From Gekko japonicus (Eukaryota): a stretch of 63,384 nt of DNA. A program made the position numbers and the translations under genes. Within the stretch, counting starts at the first letter, position 1, and every line of letters starts with the position of its first letter. This document shows positions 1 through 11,410 of this stretch, piece by piece. The DNA lies in contig NW_015167526.1 of NCBI RefSeq assembly GCF_001447785.1, positions 1,014,423-1,077,806 of the forward strand. The letters run 5' to 3'. The notes beneath the pieces were generated by a model. That model saw only the letters and a program-made list of their open reading frames with translations, was not told the DNA's origin and ran no database searches.

Positions 1-326
1 CCCTGCTTTGCAGACAGAAGACCCCAGATTCAGTTTTTGGCATCTGGTTTAAGACTCTCAATTGCCAAAGCGTGAAGGAAGTGGACAGCAGCTACCACTG
101 ACCTCCTACCTGACCCATAACAAGTCAGCTTCCTATAATGTTGTCCCGGTTACTAACTTATATAAGCACTTAGATTATTTTTTGTTAACATTACCGGTTA
201 GATGCTGAGTGTATAGCTTATTTTACTTTAAAATGCAAACAATGTCTTAGGTTACTTATACAGTGTGGCTGGTTTGTTATTCATGTTTATGTCATTGTTT
301 TGAAGTGTTCTGTGGTTGGTTAAAAA

Positions 327-922
327 AAAGTGCAGAAAAGGGCAACTCGAATGATAAAAGGGTTGGAACACGTTCCCTATGAGGAAAGGTTAAGGCGCTT
401 AGGGCACTTTAGCTTGGAGAAACGACGACTGAGGGGTGACATGATTGAGGTTTATAAGATTATGCATGGGAAAGAGCAGGTAGAGAAAGAGGTACTTTTC
501 TCCCTTTCTCACAATACAAGAACCCGTGGGCACTCCATGAAATTGCTGAGCGGTCGGGTTAGAACAGATAAAAGGAAGTACTTCTTCACCCAAAGAGTGA
601 TTAACACATGGAATTCACTGCCACAGGAAGTGGTGGCGGCTACAAGCATGGACGGCTTCAAAAGGGAATTAGATAAGCATATGGAGCAGAGGTCCATCAG
701 TGGCTATTAGCCACAAGGTATAGATAGGGACTCTGGGGCAAGTGATGCTCTGTCTTCTTGGTGCTTGGGGGGGGTCAACAGTGGGATGGCTTCTAATGTC
801 CTGGCCCCACTGGTGGACCTCCTGATGGCACCTGGTATTTCTGGCCACTGTGTGACACAGAGTGTTGGACTGGATGGGCCTTTGGCCTGATCCAACACTG
901 GCGTCTCTTATGTTCTTATGTT
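327..922 (+). mobile_element. CR1 LINE 3' fragment in UNG intron 1
   Basis: Encodes the CR1 ORF2 C-terminus ([13 protein letters not shown]...QRSISGY), then the 3'UTR and TTCTTATG tail; nearly identical to 5560-6156. Confidence 0.95.
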
Positions 923-1136
923 GGAGTTTGATTCTTGCTACCTTATGCTGTCTTTCCCCCCTTCTGTATATGACATTGATAAAAATAAAAGTTGTTAAAA
1001 AATAAAAAGTCAGCTCCATACAAAAGGGGGTGGGGCTCAGTGGGAAGTTAGATCCCGGGTTCAGTTGTAGCTTCTCCGAACAACAGGGCAGCAGAAAGCT
1101 CCGGATTAACAGCGAACGGATGTGCCTCTCGCTTAC

Positions 1137-1448
1137 CTGGGAGAAATAGGGCTTGGAGAACTCCCCCGTCAGCGAGACCCTCCAGCTGCGCCCGATCTCC
1201 GCGGGGACGAAGCTGTTTGTGCGGGCAGCGAGTCTTTGCAAAGCCGCCTCTTTGTTTCTCCGGATCCGTTCCAGCTGCTCCGGGCTCAGAGGAGGAGACC
1301 GAGGGGAGGAAACATCCGCCTTTGACCTCTTGGGGGAGCAGGCCTGGGAAAGACCGAGGAAGCAGCCGTGGACCGGGAGGAGGAAAGAAGAAGGCGAAGA
1401 AGGGAGGTGGGGAAGGGAGGCCAGACTCCTCGCGGCGGAAGCAGCCAT
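1137..1448 (-). CDS. UNG: Uracil-DNA glycosylase exon 1B (mitochondrial UNG1 start; 1343-1137 shared with UNG2); rest of gene lies left of the window
   Basis: MAASAARSLASL...LSPEQLERIRRNKEAALQRL...EFSKPYFSQ; donor CAG|GTAAGC at 1137/1136; internal acceptor TCTTTCCCAG|GCC at 1344/1343, after codon 35. Confidence 0.92.
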
Positions 1449-1479
1449 GGGCCGGGAGGGACCCAAACAACAGTCACAA

Positions 1480-1790
1480 CAACAACTTCCGGTCAAAGAA
1501 CCCCACGCGGGCGTTTCGCGGCAAAACGGCAGGACCAACAGCCCACCCCCGCGTCCCTATTGGACGGCCAGACAAGCCCCGCCCTCCCACTGCCATCTTA
1601 GTTAACCGCGGGACGAACGGCCTGCCTACCGCCCCCTCCGGTTGCTAAGGAAGCCCTGATCTCTATTGGTTCACACCTTAGTCCCACCTCCCACACCACT
1701 TTCTATTGGTTGTAGCGCAACGAAGGGCGCTTCCGATTGGTCGCCGCCTCTGGCTGGCGCCTTTTTCCAACGCGCGCGAACTCAAGCAAT
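1480..1790 (-). promoter_or_regulatory. Putative UNG1 promoter between exons 1A and 1B
   Basis: CpG-rich; four ATTGG (CCAAT) boxes near 1559, 1665, 1705 and 1736; E2F-like TTTCGCGG near 1514; RFX-like GTTGCTAAGG near 1641. Confidence 0.6.
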
Positions 1791-1855
1791 GAATTAAAAA
1801 CTTCTCGGTTCTCCCCTTCTGGCCTTAAAGAAGCGCTCCTCCCGCTTCCCCTTAC

Positions 1856-1945
1856 CTCGGCGGTCTCGCCTGGCTCCGGAGAGCGGCTCCGCTTCTTGCC
1901 GGGCTCCGCCGCGAAAAAGGAGAGCAGCGTCTTCTGCCCGATCAT
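1856..1945 (-). CDS. UNG: UNG exon 1A (nuclear UNG2 N-terminus, 30 aa)
   Basis: GCCACCATG Kozak; MIGQKTLLSFF PCNA PIP box; donor GAG|GTAAG, phase 0, compatible with the acceptor at 1343. Confidence 0.95.
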
Positions 1946-2094
1946 GGTGGCTCCGTTGATAGGCAGGGGTGCGGCGCTGCAGCTCTGGAGGAGCCCGGTC
2001 CGGTTGGGCGCGGAGGACGAGGAACAGGAGGAGGATCCGCTGCCACCGCTTTTTCCCCCCCTCACAGCGGGACCCGTTTTTGTCCTCTCAGAGA

Positions 2095-2240
2095 CCCAAA
2101 ATTGGCGCCAAAAGGCGTGCGCATGCGTACGAGAAGAGGGCGGCCTGTACCTGAGGGGTTCGGTCTACGCATGCGTGGCCCCGCGAGGAAAACAAGACTA
2201 ACCGGGGAAGACACGTGTGTCTGACGCATGCGCGTTGTGT
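2095..2240. promoter_or_regulatory. Bidirectional UNG2/ALKBH2 CpG-island promoter
   Basis: E2F-type ATTGGCGCCAAAA at 2101-2113; three NRF1-type CGCATGCG palindromes at 2118-2127, 2167-2176 and 2224-2233; lies between divergent first exons. Confidence 0.7.
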
Positions 2241-2299
2241 GCCAGTCTGGTGCGCGGCTTGTCTTGGCCTTTGGGCACCGCTGATTCCTGCTTTGACGG

Positions 2300-2494
2300 C
2301 CCAGAAGCTGAGAAGATGCGGGCAGAGGCGTTCAGACGCACACAGCTCCCCCTGACTCGCGTGTTCAGGCGCAGTGACGTGTGAACGGAGGAGAGAGGAG
2401 GTGCCCCCTTCTGCTCTGGGCAGATTCCCGCCCGGGGAGTCTGAGCTGCGGTGGCTGGGCCGACCTGCCCGGCGGGACGGGGGCTTCCTTGCGA
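2300..2494 (+). other. ALKBH2: Probable non-coding exon 1 of ALKBH2 (start uncertain)
   Basis: Donor GA|GTAAGT at 2494/2495 inside the CpG island; the next exon has an acceptor at 3143, upstream of the ATG. Confidence 0.55.
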
Positions 2495-3161
2495 GTAAGT
2501 GGGCGGGGGTTCATGCACCGATCCCTCCTCTTTCTCTACCTGCTCTATCCCATGCATGGCCGGTGTGCCACAATCTCACCATCAGTTCAGTTTCCCTTTG
2601 CACTTTGCTATATGGTGTCTCTCCATCCCCTTCTGCTGCTGTTCAGTGTTTGTTTCCTAAGTTAGCCGGCCAGGTCCCCCACCCCACCCTGTTTACAAAA
2701 ACAGCACAGTGGCTCTGGCCGCCCTGTTGCTGGCTTTCACCTGCTGGTTCTCCTACGCATACTGCTCTTGCACATGGAAGCTCCATTTAGCTCCCACCTA
2801 TCTCCCTTTTTATCCCACCTGAAGAAGCATACAGGCTTTCTCCTTCCTTGTTTTTTAACAGATACCCCCCCCCATACCTGTCCCCTCTGAGTGTAGCTTT
2901 GTTTGATCCTTTTGATGGCCATTTTAACCTGTTTTGGCAATTCTCATAAGTGTCTTGTGTACCGTATGAAGAAGGGATTCCTGTCTTTTTTTCTAAGCCT
3001 TCCAGAAATCCACTTAATTGGGTGACTGAATATACAGTGGAATATAGCACTTAGCTATTTCCACACCCAGCAACATCCCATTTAACACTTTATGTAGTTC
3101 TGTTAAATGCAGGCTTATTCTTCACTCCTTCCCCCAAATTCAGGTGTGTTGCAACTGGCAA

Positions 3162-3444
3162 ATGGATAAATTCCTAGTCCGAGGAGCTCTTAAGCTCACA
3201 CCAGAGAAGAGAAAGCATCAGCCGGAGGAAGAGGATGCAGACTGTACCAACAAAAAGAATGAAACGGAGGAGAAAAGGCCCACGCTTCCGGTGGCCATCC
3301 TGGATGAACCCCGCCGGATGCATGCCAACCCTTGGAGAGAAATTCGGGCTGAGGGGTTGAACTGCAGCTACACAATCCTGTTTGGCAAAGCCAAGGCTGA
3401 CGGGCTCTTCCAAGAATTGGAAAAGGATGTAGAATATTTTAAAG
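3162..3444 (+). CDS. ALKBH2: ALKBH2 coding exon 1 (exon starts at 3144)
   Basis: MDKFLVRG (APIM PCNA-binding motif)...WREIRAEGLNCSYTILFGKAKADGLFQELEKDVEYF; donor AAG|GTAAAT, phase 1. Confidence 0.95.
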
Positions 3445-3572
3445 GTAAATGAATGCCTGGAGTCTAATCTTTAGCTGGTGGCCCAGAACTCACCCTCTGA
3501 ATCCATGAGCAGCAATTAGCCACCTGAAAGGCTGCATTAAAAATCTACTGTTTTTTATTGATAAGGTAGCAG

Positions 3573-6156
3573 CCACATTGATTGGGTCAATATGTGTTCT
3601 AGTCGAGAGAAAGAGATTGAGTTTCTAGACACTCTAAATGACTGTGCTATGGAGCAGATGGTTACGGAACTTACCAGGGGAGAGGCGATCCGTGATTTGA
3701 TCCTAAGTAACACTCAAGACCTGGTGAGAGATGTAAAAGTGATTGCACCGCTTTGGAACAGTGATCATAATGTTGTTGAGTTCAACATTTGTACAAATAG
3801 GGAATTGGCCAAAAAGACTCACACAACCACTTTTAACTTTAAAAGGGGTAATTTTTCTGATATGAGGGGACATGTGGGGAGGAAACTGAAGGGAAAAGTA
3901 GAAAGGGTCAAAACCATTGGGGAAGCTTGGAAACTATTTGAAACTACGATTCTAGAAGCTCAAAAAAAATATATTCCGCAGGTTAGGAAAGGCACAAACA
4001 GGTATAAGAAAAAGCCTACATGGTTAACAAACAAAGTAATGGAAGCTGTAAAAGGTAAAAAGGATTCCTTTAAGCGGTGGAAAGCTAGTCACAGTGAGGC
4101 TGATAAAACGGAACACAGGCTATGGCAAATAAAATGCAAGTCTGTAGTCAGGCAGGCAAAAAGGAAATATGAGGAGCATATAGCAAAAAATGTAAAGACC
4201 AACAATAAAACTTTCTTCAAATACATTAGAAACAGGAAACCAGCCAGGGAGGCAGTGGGGCCCTTGGATGACCAAGGGGTAAAAGGAGTACTGAAGGATG
4301 ATAGGGAAATGGCTGAGAAGCTAAATGCATTTTTTGCCTCCGTCTTCACTGTGGAAGATGAGAGGTGCTTGCCCACTCCAGAGCCGCTGAGTTCGGGAGG
4401 GGTGTTGAAAGACCTGAGTCAGATTGAGGTGACGAGAGAGGAGGTCCTAAAACTGATAAACAACTTAAAAACTGATAAATCACCAGGCCCAGATGGCATA
4501 CATCCAAGAGTTCTGAAAGAACTCAATTGTGAACTTGTGGATCTCCTGACAAAAATATGTAATCTCTCCTTAAAATCAGCCTCCATTCCTGAGGACTGGA
4601 AGGTAGCTAATGTCACTCCCATCTTTAAAAAGGGTTCCAGAGGAGATCCGGGAAATTACAGGCCAGTCAGTCTGACGTCGATACCGGGTAAATTGGTGGA
4701 AACCATTATTAAGGAAAGAATTAGTAGGCACATAGATGAACAAAACCTATTGAGGCAGACTCAACATGGGTTCTGTAAGGGAAGATCTTGTCTCACTAAC
4801 CTGTTAATGTTCTTTGAGGGGGTGAACAAACATGTGGACAAGGGGGATCCAATAGATATTGTTTACCTTGACTTCCAGAAAGCTTTTGATAAAGTTCCTC
4901 ATCAAAGGCTCCTAAGCAAGCTCAAAAATCATGGGATAAAAGGACAAGTCCTTTTATGGATCAAAAACTGGCTAATTAATAGAAAACAGAGAGTGAGTAT
5001 AAATGGGCAGTTCTCCCAGTGGAGGGGTGTAAGCAGTGGGGTACCACAGGGATCAGTACTTGGTCCACTGCTTTTTAACTTGTTCATTAATGATTTGGAG
5101 TTGGGAGTAAGCAGTGAAGTGGCTAAATTTGCGGATGATACGAAGTTGTTCAGGGTGGTGAAAACCAGTGAGGATTGTGAGGCACTCCAAAGGGATCTGT
5201 CAAAGTTGGGCGAGTGGGCGTCAACATGGCAAATGGGGTTCAATGTGGCCAAGTGCAAGGTGATGCACATTGGAGCCAAAAATCCTAACTATAAATACAC
5301 GTTGATGGGGTCTGAACTGGCAGAGACAGATCAAGAGAGAGATCTTGGAGTTGTAGTAGATAACTCACTGAAAATGTCGAGACAGTGTGTGACTGCAATA
5401 AAGAAGGCCAATGCTATGCTGGGGATTATTAGGAAGGGTATTGTAAACAGATCAGCCAATATCATAATGCCGCTATATAAATCAATGGTGCGACCTCATC
5501 TGGAATACTGTGTGCAATTCTGGTCACCACACCTTAAAAAGGATATTATAGCTTTGGAAAAAGTGCAGAAAAGAGCAACTCGAATGATAAAAGGGTTGGA
5601 ACACTTTCCCTATGAGGAACGGTTAAGGCGCTTAGGGCTCTTTAGCTTGGAGAAACGACGACTGAGGGGTGACATGATTGAGGTTTATAAGATTATGCAT
5701 GGGAAAGAGCAGGTAGAGAAAGAGGTACTTTTCTCCCTTTCTCACAATACAAGAACCCGTGGGCACTCCATGAAATTGCTGAGCGGTCGGGTTAGAACGG
5801 ATAAAAGGAAGTACTTCTTCACCCAAAGAGTGATTAACACTTGGAATTCACTGCCACAGGAAGTGGTGGCAGCTACAAGCATGGACGGCTTCAAAAGGGA
5901 ATTAGATAAGCATATAGAGCAGAGGTCCATCAGTGGCTATTAGCCACAAGGTATAGATAGGGGCTCTGGGGCAAGTGATGCTCTGTCTTCTTGGTGCTTG
6001 GGGGGGGGGGTCAACAGTGGGAGGGCTTCTAATGTCCTGGCCCCACTGGTGGACCTCCTGATGGCACTGGTATATCTGGCCACTGGGTGATACAGAGTGT
6101 TGGACTGGATGGGCCTTTGGCCTGATCCAACATTGGCATCTCTTATGTTCTTATGT
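3573..6156 (+). mobile_element. Young 5'-truncated CR1 LINE with uninterrupted 783-aa ORF2 portion (3592-5943)
   Basis: End of the endonuclease domain (HIDW, SDH) and RT motifs NYRPVSL, YLDFQKAFDKV, PQGSVLGP, FADD; TTCTTATG tail. Confidence 0.97.
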
Positions 6157-6160
6157 CCTT

Positions 6161-6544
6161 AAATTGCTGAGCGGTCGGGTTAGAACGGATAAAAGGAAGT
6201 ACTTCTTCACCCAAAGGGTGATTAACACTTGGAATTCACTGCCACAGGAAGTGGTGGCGGCTACAAGCATGGAAGGCTTCAAGAGAGAATTAGATAAGCA
6301 TATGGAGCAGAGGTCCATCAGTGGCTATTAGCCACAAGGTATAGATAGGGACTCTGGGGCAAGTGATGCTCTGTACATCTTGGTGCTTGGGGGGGTCAAC
6401 AGTGGGATGGCTTCTCATGTCCTGGCCCCACTGGTGGACCTCCTGATGGCGCCTGGTATTTCTGGCCACTGTGTGATACAGAGTGTTGGACTGGATGGGC
6501 CTTTGGCCTTATCCAACATTGGCATCTCTTATGTTCTTATGTTC
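6161..6544 (+). mobile_element. Second CR1 3' end in direct tandem
   Basis: Repeats about 5773-6156 with a few substitutions and has its own tail. Confidence 0.93.
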
Positions 6545-6735
6545 ATAGCAAGTGTAGTGGCTAAGTCACTAGTTTTCAGTGCTGCTACATCCTTTAAAAA
6601 ATTACTTTCTTTAAAAAAACATTTGTGTGTACTACCTTGTTGACAATTAACACAATGCCAGTAACAACTTCAGGGATGAAGGGAAAGATTGGGTTTAAAA
6701 TTGATGGGGAGGAGGGGAAGGATCTCACAGAATGG

Positions 6736-7007
6736 AAGAAGAAGAGAATGGATCTATACCCCATGGCCCTTCACTACCTGAAGGAGTCTCAGAGCGGCTC
6801 ACAAACTCCTTTCCCTTCCCCTCCCCACAACAGAGACCCCGTGAGGCAGGTGGGGCTGAGAGAGCTCTGACAGAAACGGCTCTTTTTCAAGAACAGCTCT
6901 GACAGAACTATGGCTTGCCCAAGGCCACCCAGCAGCTGCAAGCGGAGGAGTGGGGAATCAAACCCGGTTCTCCCAGATTAGTCTGTGCAGTTAACCAAGA
7001 TGCCAAT
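6736..7007 (-). mobile_element. tRNA-derived SINE (Squam3-like)
   Basis: Reverse complement of the family at 7393 and 20161; CTT-type tail. Confidence 0.85.
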
Positions 7008-7392
7008 ATGGAGAGGGAGAAAGCAGTACTTCATGAAATAAAAGGCCAAATCTCTCTCCCAAAAAGTTGATGGCAGGTAACTATAGCTCAAAATTAATTT
7101 CAGACTTACTGTCCAGTGGGAATCCCTTCTGAATTGATTCATCCATTGAGGAACCCATGCACATGACAGAGCATTCTGGGGAGCACGCTGTGTTGACACA
7201 GACTGGCGCAGGCTAGATTTCTTTGGCGTCACCAATGTCCCATGTGAGCCAAGAATGTGTTTTAGGATACGCAACACTCTACAGCTGCTGTGAATTGCTG
7301 ATTGGTAGCCATGGCTGTCTTTCTTAGGGGAAAGCTTGACTACCATTTACTAATATTGAGGAAGACATCCCCCCCCCAACACACACGCAGTC

Positions 7393-7660
7393 AGAGCCGG
7401 TTCGGTGTAGTGGTTAAGAGCGTGGACTCTAATCTGGGAGAACCAGGTTTGATTCCCCACGTCTCCACATGCAGCGGCAGGTGTGACCTTGGGTCAGTCA
7501 CAAGTTCTCTCAGAGCTGTTCTCTCAAGGGCACTTCTCGGGAGAGCTCTCTCTGCCCCACCTACCTCCCAGGGTGTCTGTTGTGGGAAGAGGAAGGGAAA
7601 GGGATTGTAAGCCGCCGAGACTCCTTTGGGTAGTGAAGACTGGGGTATAAATCCAATCTC
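7393..7660 (+). mobile_element. tRNA-derived SINE (Squam3-like)
   Basis: A box GGTGTAGTGGTTAAG, B box GGTTTGATTCC, 3' end GGTATAAATCCAATCTC. Confidence 0.85.
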
Positions 7661-7835
7661 CTGTCCTCCATGCATACACACACACAAATTCCTTGGAGCG
7701 CTGTGGTTTCAAAACCAGTGCCCTGATGCATTGTATGTAGTATGGGCCTTTCAGTCTTTTGACAAATGCCAATTCTTGCTTATATCCAGTTGCGGAAACC
7801 CTCCTTGAGCTTTTTCATGTGTCTTTTCCAAACAG

Positions 7836-8034
7836 GGGAGTTGACCAAACTGCAGGTCTTTGGCAAGTGGCACAACATTCCAAGGAGGCAGGTGACCTAC
7901 GGTGACTCTGGGTTGACCTACACCTACTCAGGTGTCACCTTCTCTCCCAAGCCCTGGATCCCAGTTCTGGAGCGCATCAGGGACCAGGTCCAGCTGGCCA
8001 CAAGCCACACCTTCAACTTTGTTCTTATTAACAG
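7836..8034 (+). CDS. ALKBH2: ALKBH2 coding exon 2
   Basis: CAG|GG GAG; ELTKLQVFGKWHNIPRRQVTYGD...TFNFVLINR; donor AG|GTAACT; 199 nt. Confidence 0.97.
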
Positions 8035-8222
8035 GTAACTGTCAAGGCTGGGATGACATGAAGGGCTTGCGTCTCTGCCCGCCATGTAGGGTGGGTTGCG
8101 TGTGCTGACGCCTCTGCGTGTATCCGAACATGGGACCTGCCCTTGGTGGTTGTTGGGGGACTTCAACTGGGGCGGAGACTAAGAGAGACAAGAGCTTGAG
8201 TGGGCCTCTCCTGCCTTCACAG

Positions 8223-8523
8223 ATACAAAGACGGACACGATCACATGGGGGAGCACCGGGACGACGAGAGGGAACTGGCCCCTCGCAGCCCCATCGCTTC
8301 CGTCTCCTTCGGGGCCCGCAGGGACTTTGTCTTCCGGCACGGGGCTTCCCGGGGCAGAAGGGCCTTGTGCCGCATCGAGCCCGTCAGGTTGCAGCTGGAA
8401 CACGGCAGCTTGCTGATGATGAACTTCCCGACCAACCGCTACTGGTACCACAGTTTGCCCAGCCGCAAGAAGGTCTTGGCTCCGAGAATCAACCTAACCT
8501 TTCGGAACGTAATGGCTGCCTAG
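8223..8523 (+). CDS. ALKBH2: ALKBH2 coding exon 3 (stop TAG)
   Basis: YKDGHDHMGEHRDDE (HxD), WYHSLP (distal His), PRINLTFR (2OG-binding); total CDS 783 nt = 260 aa. Confidence 0.97.
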
Positions 8524-9438
8524 CGCCGCGAGACGCGCACACCTGTCCGATTTGCACATGCCCATTCCTTGTCCCTCTTGAAACAGGGGCTTCTGTTCTG
8601 AAGTCGCCAACAGCCACCTTCTTAATGCCTGAAGGGTAACCCTACTTCAGTGTTTTTGAACCAGGAAGCGAAGGGAAATTGTGAGCTCAGCTGAGCATTT
8701 GAGTTACCACTACTCAGTACATGTTACATGTTTGGCTCATGTGCCTTCAGGGGTCTGGCTGGCTTCCTCTCCTCTCGATGGTGCAGCTGCAGAAAAGGGA
8801 GCAGGACCGTACCTTGTTCTGGGTGTGTCTCCCTTCTGAACTGAGAACAGAAGACGCTGGGGCTGTGTTCCTCGGCTGTTCTAAAGTAGCCTTCCACCCA
8901 GAAGAACTGACACAGTCATCTAAGCCTGCTCCAGTAGTCTGTCATTGCAGCTGGAAGCCCTTATTCCACGCACTGGCATCCAGATTTGTCACTGCTGTCG
9001 GGCAAATCCTATTTCTTCCTTCTGTTCTGGAGCCAGTATCGGGCATCTTTCTACCATAGCCTTAGCCTTATTCGGACCTCCCAAGTATGATCAGTGTAGT
9101 CTAGGGGAAATCTAAGGCTAAAGACAGCCTTCCTTCCCTTCACTTTCAAGAGACCTGAAAGTGGGTTTAAGAACCTTCAGTGCAGCGTATTCAATTTTTT
9201 AAGAACTCCTATCAAGGTAACAACAGGGTTTGCAGAGTTTGGGAATGACATAAAAGCCTTCCAGGTATGTTTGCCAGAGTCCCAGGAGTTGGGTGAATTA
9301 TATACTCTGAGCACCAAGCCAAGTTCTCCGAAAAACCCTGACTCCAGCCTTCAAGTGTGATTTTTATTCATCAGCTACTTAGTTTGGAGGTTTCTGTCCC
9401 CAATACGGCAGCACACCTTCTTTCAAACACACGTTCTC

Positions 9439-9444
9439 AATAAA
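9439..9444 (+). terminator. Candidate ALKBH2 polyadenylation signal
   Basis: First AATAAA I found on + after the ALKBH2 stop; GT-rich sequence downstream. Confidence 0.5.
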
Positions 9445-10957
9445 AATCAGTCTGGCAGAAACCAAAACACTTCCGTGTTGCTTGAAACCACGTTTCGGAC
9501 CCATGCTTCTGCTTCTACAAACCCTCACAGCAGTGCCCATGTTTCAAGTCAGTTGAGAAGGAGAGACAGACGGCACAACCATAAGCACATCTGTCTGATT
9601 AAGGGTGCCAAATAGGGAGACAGCAAGCTTTATTTGAGAGGAATGCAAGGGGAGGGGCTGTTTGGGGAAAGTTATCAAGGAGTTTGCGGTGGAAATCAGA
9701 CAAAGGCTGCTGTGACCGGGGGGGGGGAGAGGGAGGCCGTCCCTGGGCGACCCTTTTACATTTCTAACCAGTCTTGTTTGTTTTATTGCTGCCATGCAAA
9801 GCCAGTACACAGATCCTTTCCGTAACAGCCTGAGCAAACATGTAACACATAAACAGTCCAGAGTGTTTTATTAATATGCACACAGATCAGAAAAAAAACC
9901 TCCAGTCTTAGGGCTGCTGCATCCGCTCCGCCACTAGCCAGTCACTCCATCCGAACATGCATTTCCCAGAACATCTTTCCCTGAGAGAGTCAGGCTCCAT
10001 TCACACTGACCTGTTTCACGGCACAACAGTGCTCCGACAGCATCCTTGCCCGGCAGGCTGCTAAATTAAGGATTCAGTTCCACCCCCAGGGCCAATTACA
10101 TGACTTGGCCTTTACCTGAACCGGCTGTTGAGCTTGCAGAGACAAAGTGCACGCACACAACAGTATGCAAGCTGAACACAACAGTATGCAAGCTGAAGCA
10201 GAGGAAAGGGATTCCCTGCAGACTTGATCAGGCCCTCCAACTGCAGTCACTGCCTTGCTTTGATTGGCTCTTCCATCGCCAGAGTAACAGGGTTCAAAGA
10301 GACCGAGGTGGGCGGTGAAGAGCAGGGCTTGGTCTCTGCAGGCAAGATCAGAAGAATGACATTCCCCTCTTTCCCCTTACTACGCTAAGAGGAACTCCAA
10401 AGGCCACCCAACCTGGCCCTCTTTGAGCCTTGCAAAAGCAGGGCATGTGGGCACCTGTGCTGTCTCTCTTGCTGCCTTCGCAAGCCACAAGCAGCCTGTG
10501 GCCATTTGGTGATGCGCAGAAGCTCGCTCGGGCTGCCTCCCAGGAGAATGTCATGCCCACGACAGGCTAATACGCAATTCTTTAGAAACAAAAATCGCAA
10601 CCCGCATCAGATTAGCAGACTTCTCTTCCATGCCACTTAATGCTCAGGAGGCGCTTCCTGTCCACAAATCCTACCGCAGCCATATCGGCAAGGCTGCCGT
10701 GCGTTGCAGGGACCGGGGGGGGGGGAGGCCATGTAGGGGTGATCTGCTGGGGTGGGGGGCACAAGGGAGCAACGGCTGCGGCATCTTCCGCGTAGCTTCT
10801 GCAGCACTAAAGCCAGTTCCCATACACACAAGCGCTGGAGGCCACCCACGCACCCGAACACAAAAACCACAGGTCATATTTGGCAGAAGTTGCTTTAAAA
10901 CATACAAAAAGGTCCGAAGGCTTAAAACCGGCACAAAGACACACGCAGGGCTGGGGG

Positions 10958-10972
10958 NNNNNNNNNNNNNNN
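10958..10972. other. Assembly gap
   Basis: 15 N following a G run. Confidence 1.
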
Positions 10973-11348
10973 AGTGAGGAGGTCGGGAGGAAGCTGCCTG
11001 GATCACAAGGAAACCGGAAAGGCCGTTCATTTCATTGCAGAACGGAATGCTTAAAGGAAATGTGATCTTGCACTCCAGTTCGTCAGATCACTCTGATGCA
11101 GACTTCCATTAGAGCGTTGCGGGGGGGGGGGCATTAACCGTGTTCTGCAGGGTGTCTGTTCCCCATCCAATTGCTACAGTTTCGACCACGTGGAGCCCTG
11201 AGAGGCTGTGGGGAGCCAAGAATTCTCATGTGCCCCCGCCTCCCTGCTCCCCTGGGAACTTTAAGGGAAGTGACTGTGCAGGCCGAGGTCGGCAGTTGCT
11301 ATCTGTGGATCTGGTAGAAGATCGAAGGCACTTCGTTGTAGATTCTCT

Positions 11349-11410
11349 NNNNNNNNNNNNNNNNNNNNNNNNNNNNNNNNNNNNNNNNNNNNNNNNNNNN
11401 NNNNNNNNNN
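11349..11410. other. Assembly gap
   Basis: 62 N preceding a G run. Confidence 1.

Noticed and set aside
2815-3010. CTGAAGAAG / ATGAAGAAG as hammerhead cores
   Set aside because: No stem II closed by GAAA could be formed.
3592-5943. 783-aa ORF as a host or domesticated RT gene
   Set aside because: It is a 5'-truncated CR1 with a tail and near-identical copies nearby.
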